This document shows, piece by piece, positions 25,895 through 38,700 of a stretch of 64,000 nucleotides of DNA (position 1 is its first letter; every line of letters starts with the position of its first letter). The translations under genes and the position numbers were made by a program. Location of the stretch: NCBI RefSeq assembly GCF_963921235.1, contig NC_086097.1:93560001-93624000 (forward strand), given 5' to 3'. The notes beneath the pieces were generated by a model. That model worked only from the letters and a program-made list of their open reading frames with translations. It had not been told where the DNA came from and ran no database searches. This stretch comes from Mobula hypostoma (taxonomy: Eukaryota).

Positions 25895-26590
25895 CATTTG
25901 TGCCACAAAAGGGCCAGGCAATAGGATAGCCAGCATTGGAAAGTCCAGTTATCACCATCTACCATTCAATGATACCACTGAATCCCCCCACTACCAATAT
26001 CCTGGGGGTTACCATTCACAACAAGCTGAACTAGAGTCGTCAGGTACACAGGGGCAGGTTAAAGCTGAGAAATCCTGCAGTGAGTTACTTCCTAAATCCT
26101 GCTCACCAGCCACAAGGCTCATATCAGGAGTGTGATGGAACACTTTCACTTGCCTGGATGAGTGCAACTTCAACAACACAGAGGCTCAGCAGCAAACAGG
26201 ATGTAGGAGCCCACTTGTCAAGCTCCCCATCCACAACCACTCACTCCCTCTGTCATTAACACACAGTGGCAACAATCTGTACCATCTACACAACCCACTG
26301 CAGCCACTCACCAACCCTCCCTAGACAACACCCTCCAAACCCACAACCCCTACCAGCCAGAAGGACAAGGGCAGCAAACACCACCACCTTGAATTTGCCC
26401 TCCTTGCCCCACACCATCCTGAACTGGAAATATATCAGGGTTCCTTCACTGTCGGTGGGTTAAAATCCTGGAACTCTTCCCCCTAACAGCATTGTGGCAT
26501 ACCCACTCTTCAAGGACTGCAGTTGTCCAAGAAGGCAGCCCACCACCTCCTTCTCAGGGGCGGGCAATTAAACATTGGCTCAGCCCGCAA
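25895..26590 (+). mobile_element. Highly decayed CR1-group LINE 3' fragment
   Basis: Remnant RT-tail sequence (...TGGAACTCTTCCCCCTAAC...AAGAAGGCAGCCCACCACCTCCTTCTC); similar tail at about 29500-29640. Confidence 0.45.
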
Positions 26591-26679
26591 AAATGAAGGA
26601 AGTTAAATAATCTGAAAAAGGAAGATCATCATCCTAAAAATTAACGTTCTTTTTCCAGAAGCTGCTGAGTTTAGACAAG

Positions 26680-27250
26680 ACCAAATGTGGTCTACAAAAT
26701 CCAGTGTGGAGACTGCAGCAAATATTACATTGGCCAAACCGGGAGAAAACTACCCACAAGGATCCATAAACCTCAACTGGCTGTAAAGTGGTATGACCAG
26801 CTCTCCCGAGTATCTACCCATGAAGACCAAGAGGGGCACAAATTGCCCTGGGCATCAGGAGAAGTCATGGTGCAAGACAACATATGACATGCAAGGGAAT
26901 TCCTAGAAGCGTGGTCTTCCATGAGAAATTCTGTAAACCAGCACGTAGATCTCAATCCTTTTTATGAGCCGATGCAGGCAATTTCCAGACCACAGCGCAC
27001 AAAGTTTGCCAGACAGCCAATCAGCGACAGGATTTCCTCCCCACATCAAAACTGAGTTTCTGAAATGACGTCCAGTCAGCTGACTGAAATATATAAAGGC
27101 CAAGCATGCGGAGGACACAGCACAGTCAACAGCGCACTGACGATGTCTCCTCGCGTGGCGATGAAACGTTTGCAAGTCAATGGCCAAGATTGGAGAACAA
27201 CTGAAGCCACCCATCAACAGCCGGAGCCACACATCTTCCGAATTATTTCC
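26680..27250 (+). mobile_element. Penelope-like element of a third family, 3' fragment
   Basis: VVYKIQCGDCSKYYIGQTGRKLPTRIH...AREFLEAW (GIY-YIG), followed by a hammerhead motif. Confidence 0.8.
27134..27173 (+). ncRNA. Minimal type I hammerhead ribozyme motif (second family)
   Basis: GCA-CTGACGA-T-GTCTCC-TCGCGT-GGCGAT-GAAAC-GTT-TGC: intact core, stem I GCA/TGC, stem II with one mismatch. Confidence 0.6.
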
Positions 27251-27929
27251 AGCTGCTGAGTACATAAATTGAGCTTTTGCCATTTTGTAATATTTCAGAT
27301 TTCCCAGTATGTGCAATGATTGGTGCAGTAGTCAGAGGAATTGGTGACTGGTCTGGAAGCTGCAGTACAGGAGGAGGAGGATGGCCAGCAGGAAGAGCAG
27401 TTCAGACTACATGAGCCAATGGCTCAAATGCTAGGCTGTGCATTCTGTATAACAACCTCACCTTTCAAAAATCTGTCCATTTCAGTCTTGGAAGTTTCAC
27501 TCGTTCACCATCCATGGCCACAGATTTGGAAAAGGTACTCCTTGAAATCTCCCATCAAATTAGTATCCACAGAGAAACGTTTACTGTGTCTTCCCTCTAG
27601 AATCACTTAATCATTTTAAAGGCTCTGATCAGATCACTCTTCACCTTATTAGCACAAGTGTGATCTTCAGTTTAATCATGTATCCCAGAATCATTCAGAT
27701 GAATCTGTGCTCCAATCCGTTCAAAGTCTATGCATTCTTCTAGCGGTTTTGTATCCAAACTTGTAAACAGTGCCCCAGTGTTTTTCTGTCCCAGAGGGGG
27801 GGAAAGGGGGAGGGAACATTTCAAATTCTTTATTTAAATTACTTTAGTACTGCTTTCTATCTCCTAACCAAGGAGAAGGATGGGGCGTATGTGGGAATAC
27901 TTGGTCTCTCTCCGAGTAGATAGAGGTAG

Positions 27930-29440
27930 TTAGATATTTTATTGATCCCGAAGGAAATTACAGTGTCTAGGTACCATTACAAGTGCACAGATATAAATAT
28001 TCGAAGAGAAGTAGAAAGAATAAAAAATAAGTTACCATAAACAGTTAGCTGGGGGGGAGGGGTCATCACTTCCCTGGCTATAGGTTGACTCATTATAGAG
28101 CCTAATGGCCGAGGGTAGAAACAATCTCATATAGCACTCTTTGGAGCAGCACAGTTGTCTTGGTCTGTTACTGAAAGTGCTCCTCTGTTCAGCCAAGGTG
28201 GTATGCAGAGGGGGGAAACATTGTCCAGAATTGCCAGGATTTTTTGTAGGGTCCTTTCTTCTACCACAGCCTCCAGTGTGTCTAGTTTGACTCCTATAAC
28301 TGAACCAGAGTCTTTCTAATCAGTTTATTGAGCCTGCTGGCATCACCTGTCTTGATGCCATTGCCCCAGCACATCACCACATAGAAGACTGTACTAGTGT
28401 CAACAGACTGGTGGAACATGTGAATGAGAGGCCTGCATACTCCAAAGGACCTCAGTCTCCTCAGGAAGTAGAGGTGACTCTGGCCCTTCTTGTACACGGC
28501 CTCTGTGCTGGTGTTCCACTCAGGTCTGTCATCCAGGTGCACCCCCAGATACTTGTAGGTCCTCACCACATTCACGTCCTCACCATCAATAGTAACAGGG
28601 AGCAGTGCAGGCTTTGACTTCTGGAAGTCCATCACCATCTCCTGTGTCATACTAATGTTGAGCTGCAGATGAGTCATTTGACAAAGTCCTCCACCAGGGC
28701 CCTGTATTCAGCCTCCTGTCCTCCCTGTCTATACACCTGTCTATTGCAGTTATCAGAGAATTTCTGCAGATGATAAGACTCAGTGTTATATCTAAACTCT
28801 GAGGTATACAGAGTAAATAGGAAGGGAACCAATACTCTGGGGCCCCAGTGCTGTTTATAGTCATGTCTGACATACAGCTCTGAAGATGCACAAACTGTGG
28901 TCTGCCAATCAGAAAGTCCATTATCCAGGATACAATGGAGGTGCCAACCTGCATTGAATGAAGCTTTTCCCCCAGCAATGAGGACTATGGTACCAAAGGC
29001 ATTTGAGAAATCAAGCAACATGATCCTCAGTGCTGCCCTGATTATCCAAATGGGAGTAAGCTCTGTTCAGAAGGTAGATGACAGCATCGTCAACTCCAAT
29101 GTGCTCCTGGTAAGCAAACTGCGGGGGACTGAGGACTGATCTGGCCAGGGGTCAGATGTGAGCCCAGACCGGCCTCTCTAGGGTCTTCATGGTGTGTGAG
29201 GTCAGGGCCACTCGACGGTAGTCATTCAAGACTTTCGGTTGGCCCTCCTTGGGTACTGGGACCACAACTGATGTTTTCCACACAGTCGGGAGGAACCCTT
29301 TCTAGGCTGAGACTCAGAGTGAAAATGGGCTGGAGAACTCCACACAGCTGCTCAGCACCCTCCTCCAGGACCTTGGGGTTCGCACCATCCGGTCCCAATG
29401 CTGAGCTTCCCCAGAGCCCTTCTCACCTGCTCAGTAGAGA
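27930..29440 (-). mobile_element. Rex1/Babar-like LINE, decayed RT and 3' end
   Basis: LDFSNAFGTI, INSTGAP, LFTLYTSEF...LQKFSD, YKYLGVHLDD...YFLRRLRSFGV. Confidence 0.85.
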
Positions 29441-29879
29441 AGCTGAGTCCACTAGGTCCTGTAAAAATATAACATTATGCCCAGTATTGCTGGTGCAGTC
29501 TGGGGACTCCCTACCCAGCAGCACTGCTCATTACCAAAGCTGATATGGCAGTTCAAGAAAACAGCTCAGCACCACCTTCTCAAGGACAGTAGGCGTGGCT
29601 AATGAAAGCTGGCCTTGTCAGTGTTTGCTACATCCTGTAAATCAATATTAAAATACACAATGTACAGCTTTCTGGGTCCCTCCTTTTCCAAGTGTTCTGC
29701 TATGCAATGAATATCACACTTCAGCTTATAAACTTACTTTTCCCTACATCAGTCTCAATATAGCACACACATTCTCACTTAGTTCATTGTTCTATATTCC
29801 TTCGTAAATTCCAGTTCCCAAGTCCATGGCCTTATCACACCACGAGGTTCAGGGACAGTTCTGATTAGGGGCCATGGAC

Positions 29880-30417
29880 AATTCTGATTTGATGGAGACA
29901 GCCGTGAAAGCACAGGTAAACAGCTGGAGAAATTTCTGAAACGCCAGTTTGCTGCTGCTGTTACTGCGCGGTGGGGAATCTTCTGGAGGGAAGGCCTCAA
30001 AATCCCCGGCTTTGCCTGCTGTTGGCAACCAAGATTGATGTTGAATCGTTCGGACAGAGATGGCGCTCAGTACTCGGTGTCGGAGAGCTGATCGGAGGCT
30101 CGAAGTTTTTGGATGACTCAGGGTCGGACTGTGTTCGGGCATGGCAGGGAGAGTTTTTCTTCCTTCTCCCGTCTACGTGAGATGTGGGACATTTGAAAGA
30201 CTTTGAACTTTTTACTGTGCTCATGGACTTATTCATCAAGTTATGGTATTGTTGCACTGTTGTAACTATATGTTATAATTATGTGGTTTTGTTAGTTTTT
30301 TCTGTCTTGGTCTGTCCTGTGTTTTGTGATATCACACCGGAGGAAATATTGTATCATTTCTTAATGCACACATTACTAAATGACAATAAAAGAGGACTGC
30401 GTGTCCTTGTAATCTAA
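29880..30417 (+). mobile_element. 640-bp SINE-like family, 5'-truncated copy 2
   Basis: Aligns by eye with 4897-5441. Confidence 0.75.
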
Positions 30418-31917
30418 AAGTTATTCCCCCTCAACCTCAACCAAAGGGGGATGGCCACACTCAACTTCCCCATAATTGAAATGTTCCCGTAACCAATGGA
30501 CTCAATTTCAAGGACTCTTCAACTCATATTCTCAATATTTATTACTTATTTCTATTTTTTGTATTTGCACAGTTATGTTTTGCACAGGGGTTGAATGCCC
30601 AAGCGGGTGTGGGCTTTCACCGATTCTGTTATGGTTATTAATCTATTATGAATTTATTGAGTATGCCCACAAGAAAATGAATCTCAGGGTTGTATATGGT
30701 GACATTTATGTACTTTGATAGTAAATCTACGTGGAACTTTGAATGTTATTAAAAGCTTTTTCTCCTTCATGGATGGTCTGTACACTTAGTGAAAGGCTAA
30801 GGGTCTCTCTACAAAATTCTGTGAAACCCTGCTTCTTGCGTTGCTGCTTATCAGACAGTGGGATGAGAGGGTTGTCCTGTTCCCAGTGGCTGAATAAATT
30901 CAATCTGTACTCTCTGGAGCTTGAAGAATGAAAGATGATTTCAATTAAATATGAGGTCCTAAGGCAACATAACAAGTTAAATGGCGAGATAGTTCCATTA
31001 GTGAGTTTGTAGGTTTTCACAAATAAAAACGGTGGAGGCTTTTTCTGTTTAAGAAAAACCATAGTAACTCATTTATTCTACTCCAAACACTGAACAAAAA
31101 GTGCGTGAAACAACTTTACATAATTACATCAGACCAGCCTCTTAAAGTGAACCCCAACTCCACAACTTAATGCTGGTGGTTGTGAATGATGTACTTTTAA
31201 ACCAATTACATTACCCTACCCAGACCCCTCCAGAATTCACTAAAACCGGTATTGTGAGCCTGTTTAGAGCCGCCCTGCTCAGGTCTTATGTTCCATGGGT
31301 CGAGGAACGGCAGAGGTATCTGGTTTGTTCAGAGATGAGTCATGGCGTGAGGGCAGGGGCATGGCGGCAGAATCCTCAAATCTTGAAGGGCTGGTTTAAG
31401 GCAATTTACCGAAATATATTCCGGTTTACCCTCTTGATGAGGCATCCATGGAGAGGAGAATTGATGGAAGACGTCATCGATGGGAATGGGAGGACCACAG
31501 GTGCAGGCTACTAGAGTTGACTTCCATAAATGTTATAATCTCTGTTCTGTTCTTGTACAGGACAGCTTGTCCTTCTCTCTTTGTGGAGGGAGAAAAGAGA
31601 ATGATCAGCAGTGACAGAACAATACAGCACAAAAACTGTCCTTCTGGTTCACTACATCCATACCAACTGCTACGTACCCATCTATACTGGGTGGGGGAAA
31701 GTTTCCTACTCTCTGTGCCATTCGTAATTTGGCATTCACCTTGCAGCATGCCCACAGTTGCCTGAGTTCCTAGAAAACAAGCCCGACCTATCCAAGTGTC
31801 TCCTTGTAACTGGAATATTCCAGGCAATGTCCTCCTAAATGGAACTTTGAGGCTTTGACTCGAGAGGCCTTGATGAGAAGAGGCAGAGGATGAGCTAGCT
31901 TCCAGTTAGTTTTTACA

Positions 31918-32859
31918 ATGCCTCCTGAGACGGTGATGTGACTCTCATGTGAGATGTGGCAGTCTTGGGGGAACGCCCCTCCCCCGCAGAGTCACATCTG
32001 CCAGAAGTGCATACGGCTGGGCGATCTGGAAGACCGTGTAAGGAATCTGGAGCAGCAGCTGGATGACCTTCGACTCATAAGGGAGAATGAGGCAGTCATA
32101 GATGAGAGCTACAGGGAGGTAGTCACACCTAGGCTGTCGGAAGCAGGTCGTTGGGTGACAGTCAGAGGGGGGAAAGCGATGGTGAGCAGACAGGTAGTGC
32201 AGAGCACCCCTGTAGCCATTCCCCTGAATAATAAGTTTACCGTCCTGGATACTGTTGGCGGGGACGACCGAGCAGGTGTGAGCCACGGTGGCAGGGCCTC
32301 CAGCACTGAGTCTGACCCTGTGGTGCAGAAGGGTGGGACGGAGAAGAGGAGAGCTGTCGTCATTGGAGACTCTATAGTCAGGGAAGCAGACAGGAGATTT
32401 TATGGTCGTGAGAAGGACACCCGCATGGTTTGTTGCCTCCTCGGTGCCAGGGTCCAGGATGTCTCCGACCAGGTGCACGACGTCCTGGTACAAGAGGGAA
32501 AGCAACCAGAAGTTGTGATACATGTTGGGACCAATGACATAGGCAGGAAGAGGAATGAGGTCCTGAAGTGTGAGTTTCGGGAACTAGGCAGAAGGCTGAA
32601 GAACAGGACCTCAAGGGTGGCGTTCTCAGGATTGCTGCCAGTGCTACGTGACAGTGATGGTAAGAATTGGAGGAGATGGCAGTTGAATGCATGGCTGAGG
32701 AGTTGGTGCAGGGAGCAGGGTTTTAGATTTTTAGATCATTGGGATCTCTTCTGGGGAAGGTGGGAGCTGTACAGATTGGATGGGTTGCACCTGAACTTGA
32801 GGGGGAGCAATATCCTTGCAGGTAGGTTTGCTGGCATGGTTCGGGAGGGTTTAAACTAA
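31918..32859 (+). pseudogene. CR1 ORF1 (zinc-finger/coiled coil plus SGNH esterase); open for 301 codons after an early stop
   Basis: VIGDS, HVGTND and DGLHL SGNH motifs; in-frame ATG at 31918 with TGA at 31939-31941 in the position of the first Cys of a CxxC...HxCxxC motif. Confidence 0.8.
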
Positions 32860-33969
32860 TTTGCCAGGGGGATGGGACCCTGAGTGATCGAGCAGTGAAA
32901 GGAGTGCATGGAGTAAAGCCAGATCTAACATATAGAGAGGCTTTGAGGAAAGAGAAGCAGAATAAACAGAGTAAAGGTAGTAAGGTAGAAGGGCTGAAGT
33001 GTGTGTACCTCAATGCAAGAAGCATCAGGAACAAAGGTGATGAGCTGAGAGCTTGGATGCATACATGGAATTATGATGTAGTGGCCATTATAGAGATGTA
33101 GCTGGCACCAGGGCAGGAATGGATTCTCAATATTCCTGGATTTCAGTGCTTTAAAAGGGATAGTTGGGGGGGGGGGAGGGGAGGAGGGGTGGCATTACTG
33201 GTCAGGGATACTATTACAGCTACAGAAAGTGTGGGTAATATAGCAGGATCTTCTTTTGAGTCAGTATGGGTGGAAGTCAGGAACAGGAAGGGAGCAGTTA
33301 CTCTACTGGGGGTATTCTATAGGCCCCCTGGTAACAGCAGAGATACAGGGGAGCAGATTGGGAGGCAGATTTTGGAAAGGTGCAAAAATAACAGGGTTGT
33401 TATCATGGGTGACTTTAACTTCCCTAATATTGATTGGCACCTGATTAGTTCCAAGGGTTTAGATGGGGCAGAGTTTGTTAAGTGCGTCCAGGACGGATTC
33501 CTGTCACAGTATGTTGACAGGCTGACCGGGGGAATGCCATACTAGATCTAGTACTAGGTAATGAACCAGGTCAGGTCACAGATCTCTCAGTGGGTGAGCA
33601 TCTGGGGGACAGTGACCACCACTCCCTGGCCTTTAGCATTATCATGGAAAAGAATAGAATCAGAGAGGACAGGAAAATTTTTAATTGGAGAAGGGCAAAT
33701 TATGAGTCTATAAGACTAGAACTTGCGGGTGTGAATTGGGATGATGTTTTTGCAGGGAAATGTACTAAGAACATCTGGTCAATGTTTAGGGATGTCTTGC
33801 AGGATGTCAGAGATAAATTTGTCCCGGTGAGGAAGATAAAGAATAGTAGGGTGAAGGAACCATGGGTGACAAGTGAGGTGGAGAATCTAGTCAGGTGGAA
33901 GAAGGCAGCATACATGAGGTTTAGGAAGCAAGGATCAGATAGGTCTATTGAGGAATATAGGGAAGCAAG

Positions 33970-35787
33970 CTGTGTACATACATCTACTGATGCTTCTGGA
34001 CACATCTTCAGTGATATTCCTGGAATCATTGGGTGTTTCGGGTCTTTCAACATCATACAACCTCCTCCAGGTGACCCAGCCGGTGCTGATCAGACCCCAG
34101 CTTGTGTCCAGATGGCTAGCTACTTATGACTCCATGGCTCCCCTCTTTTGAGCCACAGCCATCTTGAGGCCCTCTCTGTCGCATCGGTGGTACTGCGGAT
34201 GGCTCTCCTCTTCCTCTCTCCCTCGATGCCCAAAACACTGAAGGCTCTAACTAAAGAACGGGCTACAAATCCTCTACAACCAACCTCCACTGGGAGACAC
34301 CTCGCTCTCCATCCAGCCTGCTGGCAATTTCTGACCAGTCCTGCGTACTTGGAGAGCTTCCTTTCAAAGGCCTCCTCCAAGCTATCTTCCCATGGGACTG
34401 GCAGCTCCAGCAGCACCACTTGCTTAGTAGACTCAGACACTAGGACAATGTCTGGTCACAGGGTGGTGGCTGTGATATGGTTGGGGAACTTCAGCTGCCC
34501 TTCGAGGTCCACCAACAGCTGCCAGTCCGTTGCAGAGGTCAGAATGCCTGCAGATGTTCTTTTGGCAGGTATTGGCTGCTCCCCAGCTCTGACAAAGGCA
34601 ATGGTCTGCTTGGGGGGTCGGGACCGCTTCACCCACTCAACTCTTGCGCTGACGGCTTCAGCGATGGTCTTCAGGACCCGATCATGCCTCCATCGGTACC
34701 GTCCCTCACCAAGTGCTCTTGCACAGCCGCTGAGGATGTGCTCCAGGGTTCCTCGCTTGGAGCACAGTGGGCACGCCGATGACTCTGCCTTGCCCCATGT
34801 GTGCAGGTTTGATGGGCTTGGAAGCACATCGTACACTGCCTGGATGAGAAATTGGATGCGGTGTGGTTCGGCTTTCCAAAGCTCAGCCCAGATCACTTTC
34901 CTCTCAACCGCATTCTCCCACCTTGTCCAAGCTCCCTGTTGCTTCATTCCCATCGCCTTGCAGGCTCCCATCTCCTCCACTACTGCTCTCACCTCCTCCT
35001 GAACTAGACGACGCCTTTCCTTCCCTCTGGTGTCCAGTTGGGGAGTTGGAAAGGATCCTAGCCCAGCTCGGCCTTGTGTGACCACTCCCACCAGCCTCCT
35101 GTGACGCAGCCTCGCCTCTGCCTCCTGAACAGCTTCCTCTGCCCTCCACTTCCTGCCAGTCTTCACTTGGATCCCTGCTCTAGCCACTTTCGGATCACTT
35201 GAGTCCCTATACTGTAGCACTTCTCTGGCTCTTGTTACCCTGAATTCTTCCTCCAAGGATTTGAAGGGCAGTTGCAGTTTGTTGTGGTGTCCATAGAGTG
35301 CGATGCTGCTCTTTGGCAGCCCCAGCCATCTCCTGAGGTGGTTGCTAACCCTCCTCTCTAAGGTTTCGACTGTCGAGATCGGAACTGCGTAGACGAGGAG
35401 GGGCCACAGGATTCTGGGAAGAATGCCATGCTGATACATCCAGGCTTTAAACTTCCCAGGTAGGCCAGACTTGTCCACAGATTTCAGCCAGTCATCCAAC
35501 TCGGTGCAGGTTGCCTGAATGGATGTTGCATCCCTTAAAGAGCTGTCAAAAACTTTGCCTAAGCTCTTGACTGGCTTTTCTGTGATGGTTGGCATGGCTG
35601 TGCCTGCGATGCTGAACTGGAACTTGTTCTCCACCTTCCTTTTCCTCAGCACCAGCAATCTTGATTTGGCAGGTTTGAAACGCATCCGGGCTCACTCCAC
35701 CAGCTTTTCGAACCCTTGCAGAATCCACCGGCAGCCTGGGACTGATTCTGTGGTGACTGTGAGGTCATCCATGAATGCCCGGATAGG
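33970..35787 (-). mobile_element. 5'-truncated HERO-like (R2-group, RLE) non-LTR retrotransposon inserted antisense in the CR1
   Basis: PIRAFMDDL (RT), FKPAKSR, CPLC...TLEHILSGC (CCHC), YRWRHD, PDIV...LELPVPWE...KLSKY (restriction-like endonuclease); I count two in-frame TGA stops. Confidence 0.85.
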
Positions 35788-38700
35788 AAAGAAAGGAGCT
35801 TAAGAAGGGGCTGAAGAGAGAAAGAAGGGGCCATGAGAAGGCCTTGGCGAGTAGGGTAAAGGAAAACCCCAAGGCATTCTTCAATTATGTGAAGAACAAA
35901 AGTATGACAGGAGTGAAGGTAGGACTGATTAGAGATAAAGGTGGGAAGATGTGCCTGGAGGTTGTGGAAGTGAGCGAGGTCCTCAATGAATACTTCTCTT
36001 CGGTATTCACCAATGAGAGGTGAGGACAATATGAGTGAGGTTGATGTTCTGGAGCATGTTTATATTAAGGGAGAAGAGGTGTTGGAGTTGTTAAAATACA
36101 TTAGGATGGATGTCCCCGGGGACTGACGGAATATTCCCCAGGCTGCTCCATGAGGTGAGGGAAGAGATTGCTGAGCCTCTGGCTAGGATCTTTATGTCCT
36201 CGTTGTCCACGGGAATGGTACCAGAGGACTGGAGGGAGGCGAATGTTGTCCCCTTGTTCAAAAAAGGTAGTAGGAATAGTCCGGGTAATTATAGACCAGT
36301 AAGCCTTACATCTGTGGTGGGAAAGCTGTTGGAAAAGATTCTTAGAGATAGGATCTATGGGCATTTAGAGAATCATGGTCTGATCAGGGACAGTCAGCAT
36401 AGCTTTGTGCAGGGCAGATCATGTCCATCAAGCCTGATAGAGTTCTTTGAGGAGCTGACCAGGCATATAGATGAGGGTAGTGCAGTGGATGTGATCTACA
36501 TGGATTTTAGTAAGGCATTTGACAAGGTTCCACACGGTAGGCTTATTCAGAAAGTTAGAAGGGATGGGATCTAGGGAAGTTTGGCCAGGTGGATTCAGAA
36601 TTGGCTTGCCTGCAGAAGGCAGAGGGTCATGGTGGAGGGATTACATTCGGATTGGAGGGTTGTGACAAGTGGTGTCCCACAAGGATCGGTTCTGGGACCT
36701 CTACTTTTCGTGATTTTTATTAACGACCTGGATGTGGGGGTAGAAGGGTGGGTTGGCAAGTTTGCAGATGACACAAAGGTTGGTGGTATTGTGGATAGTG
36801 TAGAGGATTGTCAGAGGTTGCAGAGAGACATTGATAGGATGCAGAAGTGGGCTGAGAAGTGGCAGATGGAGTTCAACCAGGAGAAGTGTGAGGTGGTACA
36901 CTTTGGAAGGACAAACTCCAAGGCAGCGTACAAAGTAAATGGCAGGATATTTGGTAGTGTGGAGGAGCAGAGTGATCTGGGGGTACATGTCCACAGATCC
37001 CTGAAAGTTGCCTCACAGGTAGATAGGGCAGATAAGAAAGCTTATGGGGTATTAGCTTTCATAAGTCGAGGGACAAAGTTTATGAGTCGTTAGGTAATGA
37101 TGCAGCTCTATAAAACTCTGGTTAGGCCACACTTGGAGTACTGTGTCCAGTTCTGGTCGCCTCACTATAGGAAGGATGTGGAAGCATTGGAAAGGGTACA
37201 GAGGAGATTTACTAGGATGTTGCCTGGTTTAGGGAGTATGCATTATGATCAGAGATCAAGGGAGCTAGGGCTTTACTCTTTGGAGAGAAGGAGGGTGAGA
37301 GGAGACATGATAGAGGTGTACAAGATATTAACAGGAATAGATAGAGTGGACAGCCAGCGCCTCTTCCTCAGGGCACCACTGCTCAATTCAAGAGGACATG
37401 GGTTTAAGGTAAGGGGTGGGAAGTTCAAGGGGGATAATAGAGGAAGGTTTTTTACTCAGAGAGTGGTTGGTGCGTGGAATGCACTGCCTGAGTCAGTGGT
37501 GGAGGCAGATACACTAGTGAAGTTTAAGAGACTACTAGACAGGTATATGGAGGAATCTAAGGTGGGGGCTTATATGGCAGGCAGGGTTTAAGGGTCGGCA
37601 CAACATTGTGGCCCGAAGGGCCTGCAATGTGCTGTACTATTCTATGTTCTATGTTCCATCTATAATAGAAGTCTTTTCTCTCCATTGCAAAACGTGGAAT
37701 GGGCCATTGTAAGGGGGCTTAAGGGGATGTTGGTGTGCATCATGGTGAATGAAAACAAACGAGGTAGAATGAAGGTCAGTGGGAACCCAAGAGTGCGGTC
37801 CACCACGATGGGAGGTAGGAGGAGATGCAAAGGAACTGAATTTACAAAAGAGGCCAACCAGGTGGTCGTGGCATCAGGAATAAAATTGCTTGGCACTTGT
37901 AACGGCTACCCATATACCAACTCTGCCATGGACAGCTGCAGAACCTCTTTTGGAGCTGTTCTGAGCCCCAGCAGGAGACGATCATGCCTACACTCATCGA
38001 TCAGGGAAGCCCTCAGAGCGGCCTTTAAGGAGCGGTGAAACCACTCACGTAGGCCGTTGGACTGCGGGTGATACGCTGTGATGTAGACTAACACTGAATT
38101 CTGGGCCATTGCAACCCAGAGGTCTGATATGGATTGGAGACCATGGTCAGAGCAAATATCAGATGGGTTGCTAAACTGATGAACGTCCAAGCCACGTCTG
38201 CAGCCATCGTCGATGCTAGAGGGACAACCTCACGCCACCCGATGGTATGGTCCACCATGGTAAGGAGATGTGTGAAACTGCGGGAGGGGGAAAGAGGACT
38301 AATAAAGCCCATACTGACTTGGTCAAACTGTCACTCAGTAACCTCAAAAAGGTGCCAATAGCACTTGAACATGATGGTTAATTTTTGCCTACTGGCACTC
38401 CACACAGGACACAATCCAATCACACATGATCTTTCCAAGCCCTTGCCAAACAAACTTTAGTGCAACCAGTTTCTGTGAGGCCTTCCGGCCCGGATACGAG
38501 AGGCCACGTATGGAGTCAAACACAGTCTACCTCCAGTCTGCGGACACTATGGGGCGAGGGCGACCGGTTGAGACATCACACAGGAGGGAAACCCCAGTCT
38601 CCTCGAACTTAATGTCAGAAAATCGCAGGCCCATGACTGCTGTTCGGTAAACCTGGACCTCTGGGTCAGTAACTTGGCTGGCTTCCATGCCAGCGTAGTC

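Larger units (their letters stand above)
31830..37656 (+). mobile_element. Near full-length CR1 LINE (esterase ORF1, APE-RT ORF2), disrupted
   Basis: ORF2 motifs YLNARSIRNK, YRPPG, MGDFNFP, SDH, NYRPVSLTS, YMDFSKAFDKVPH, GVPQGSVLGP, FADDTK; (TTCTATG)n tail; several stops and frameshifts. Confidence 0.92.

Noticed and set aside
31954..32859. SGNH esterase ORF as a host or horizontally acquired gene
   Set aside because: It is CR1 ORF1: immediately followed by APE-RT ORF2 and paralogous to 45257-45736.
34148..35002. 284-aa plus-strand ORF
   Set aside because: Antisense shadow of the HERO-like coding frame; no independent motifs.
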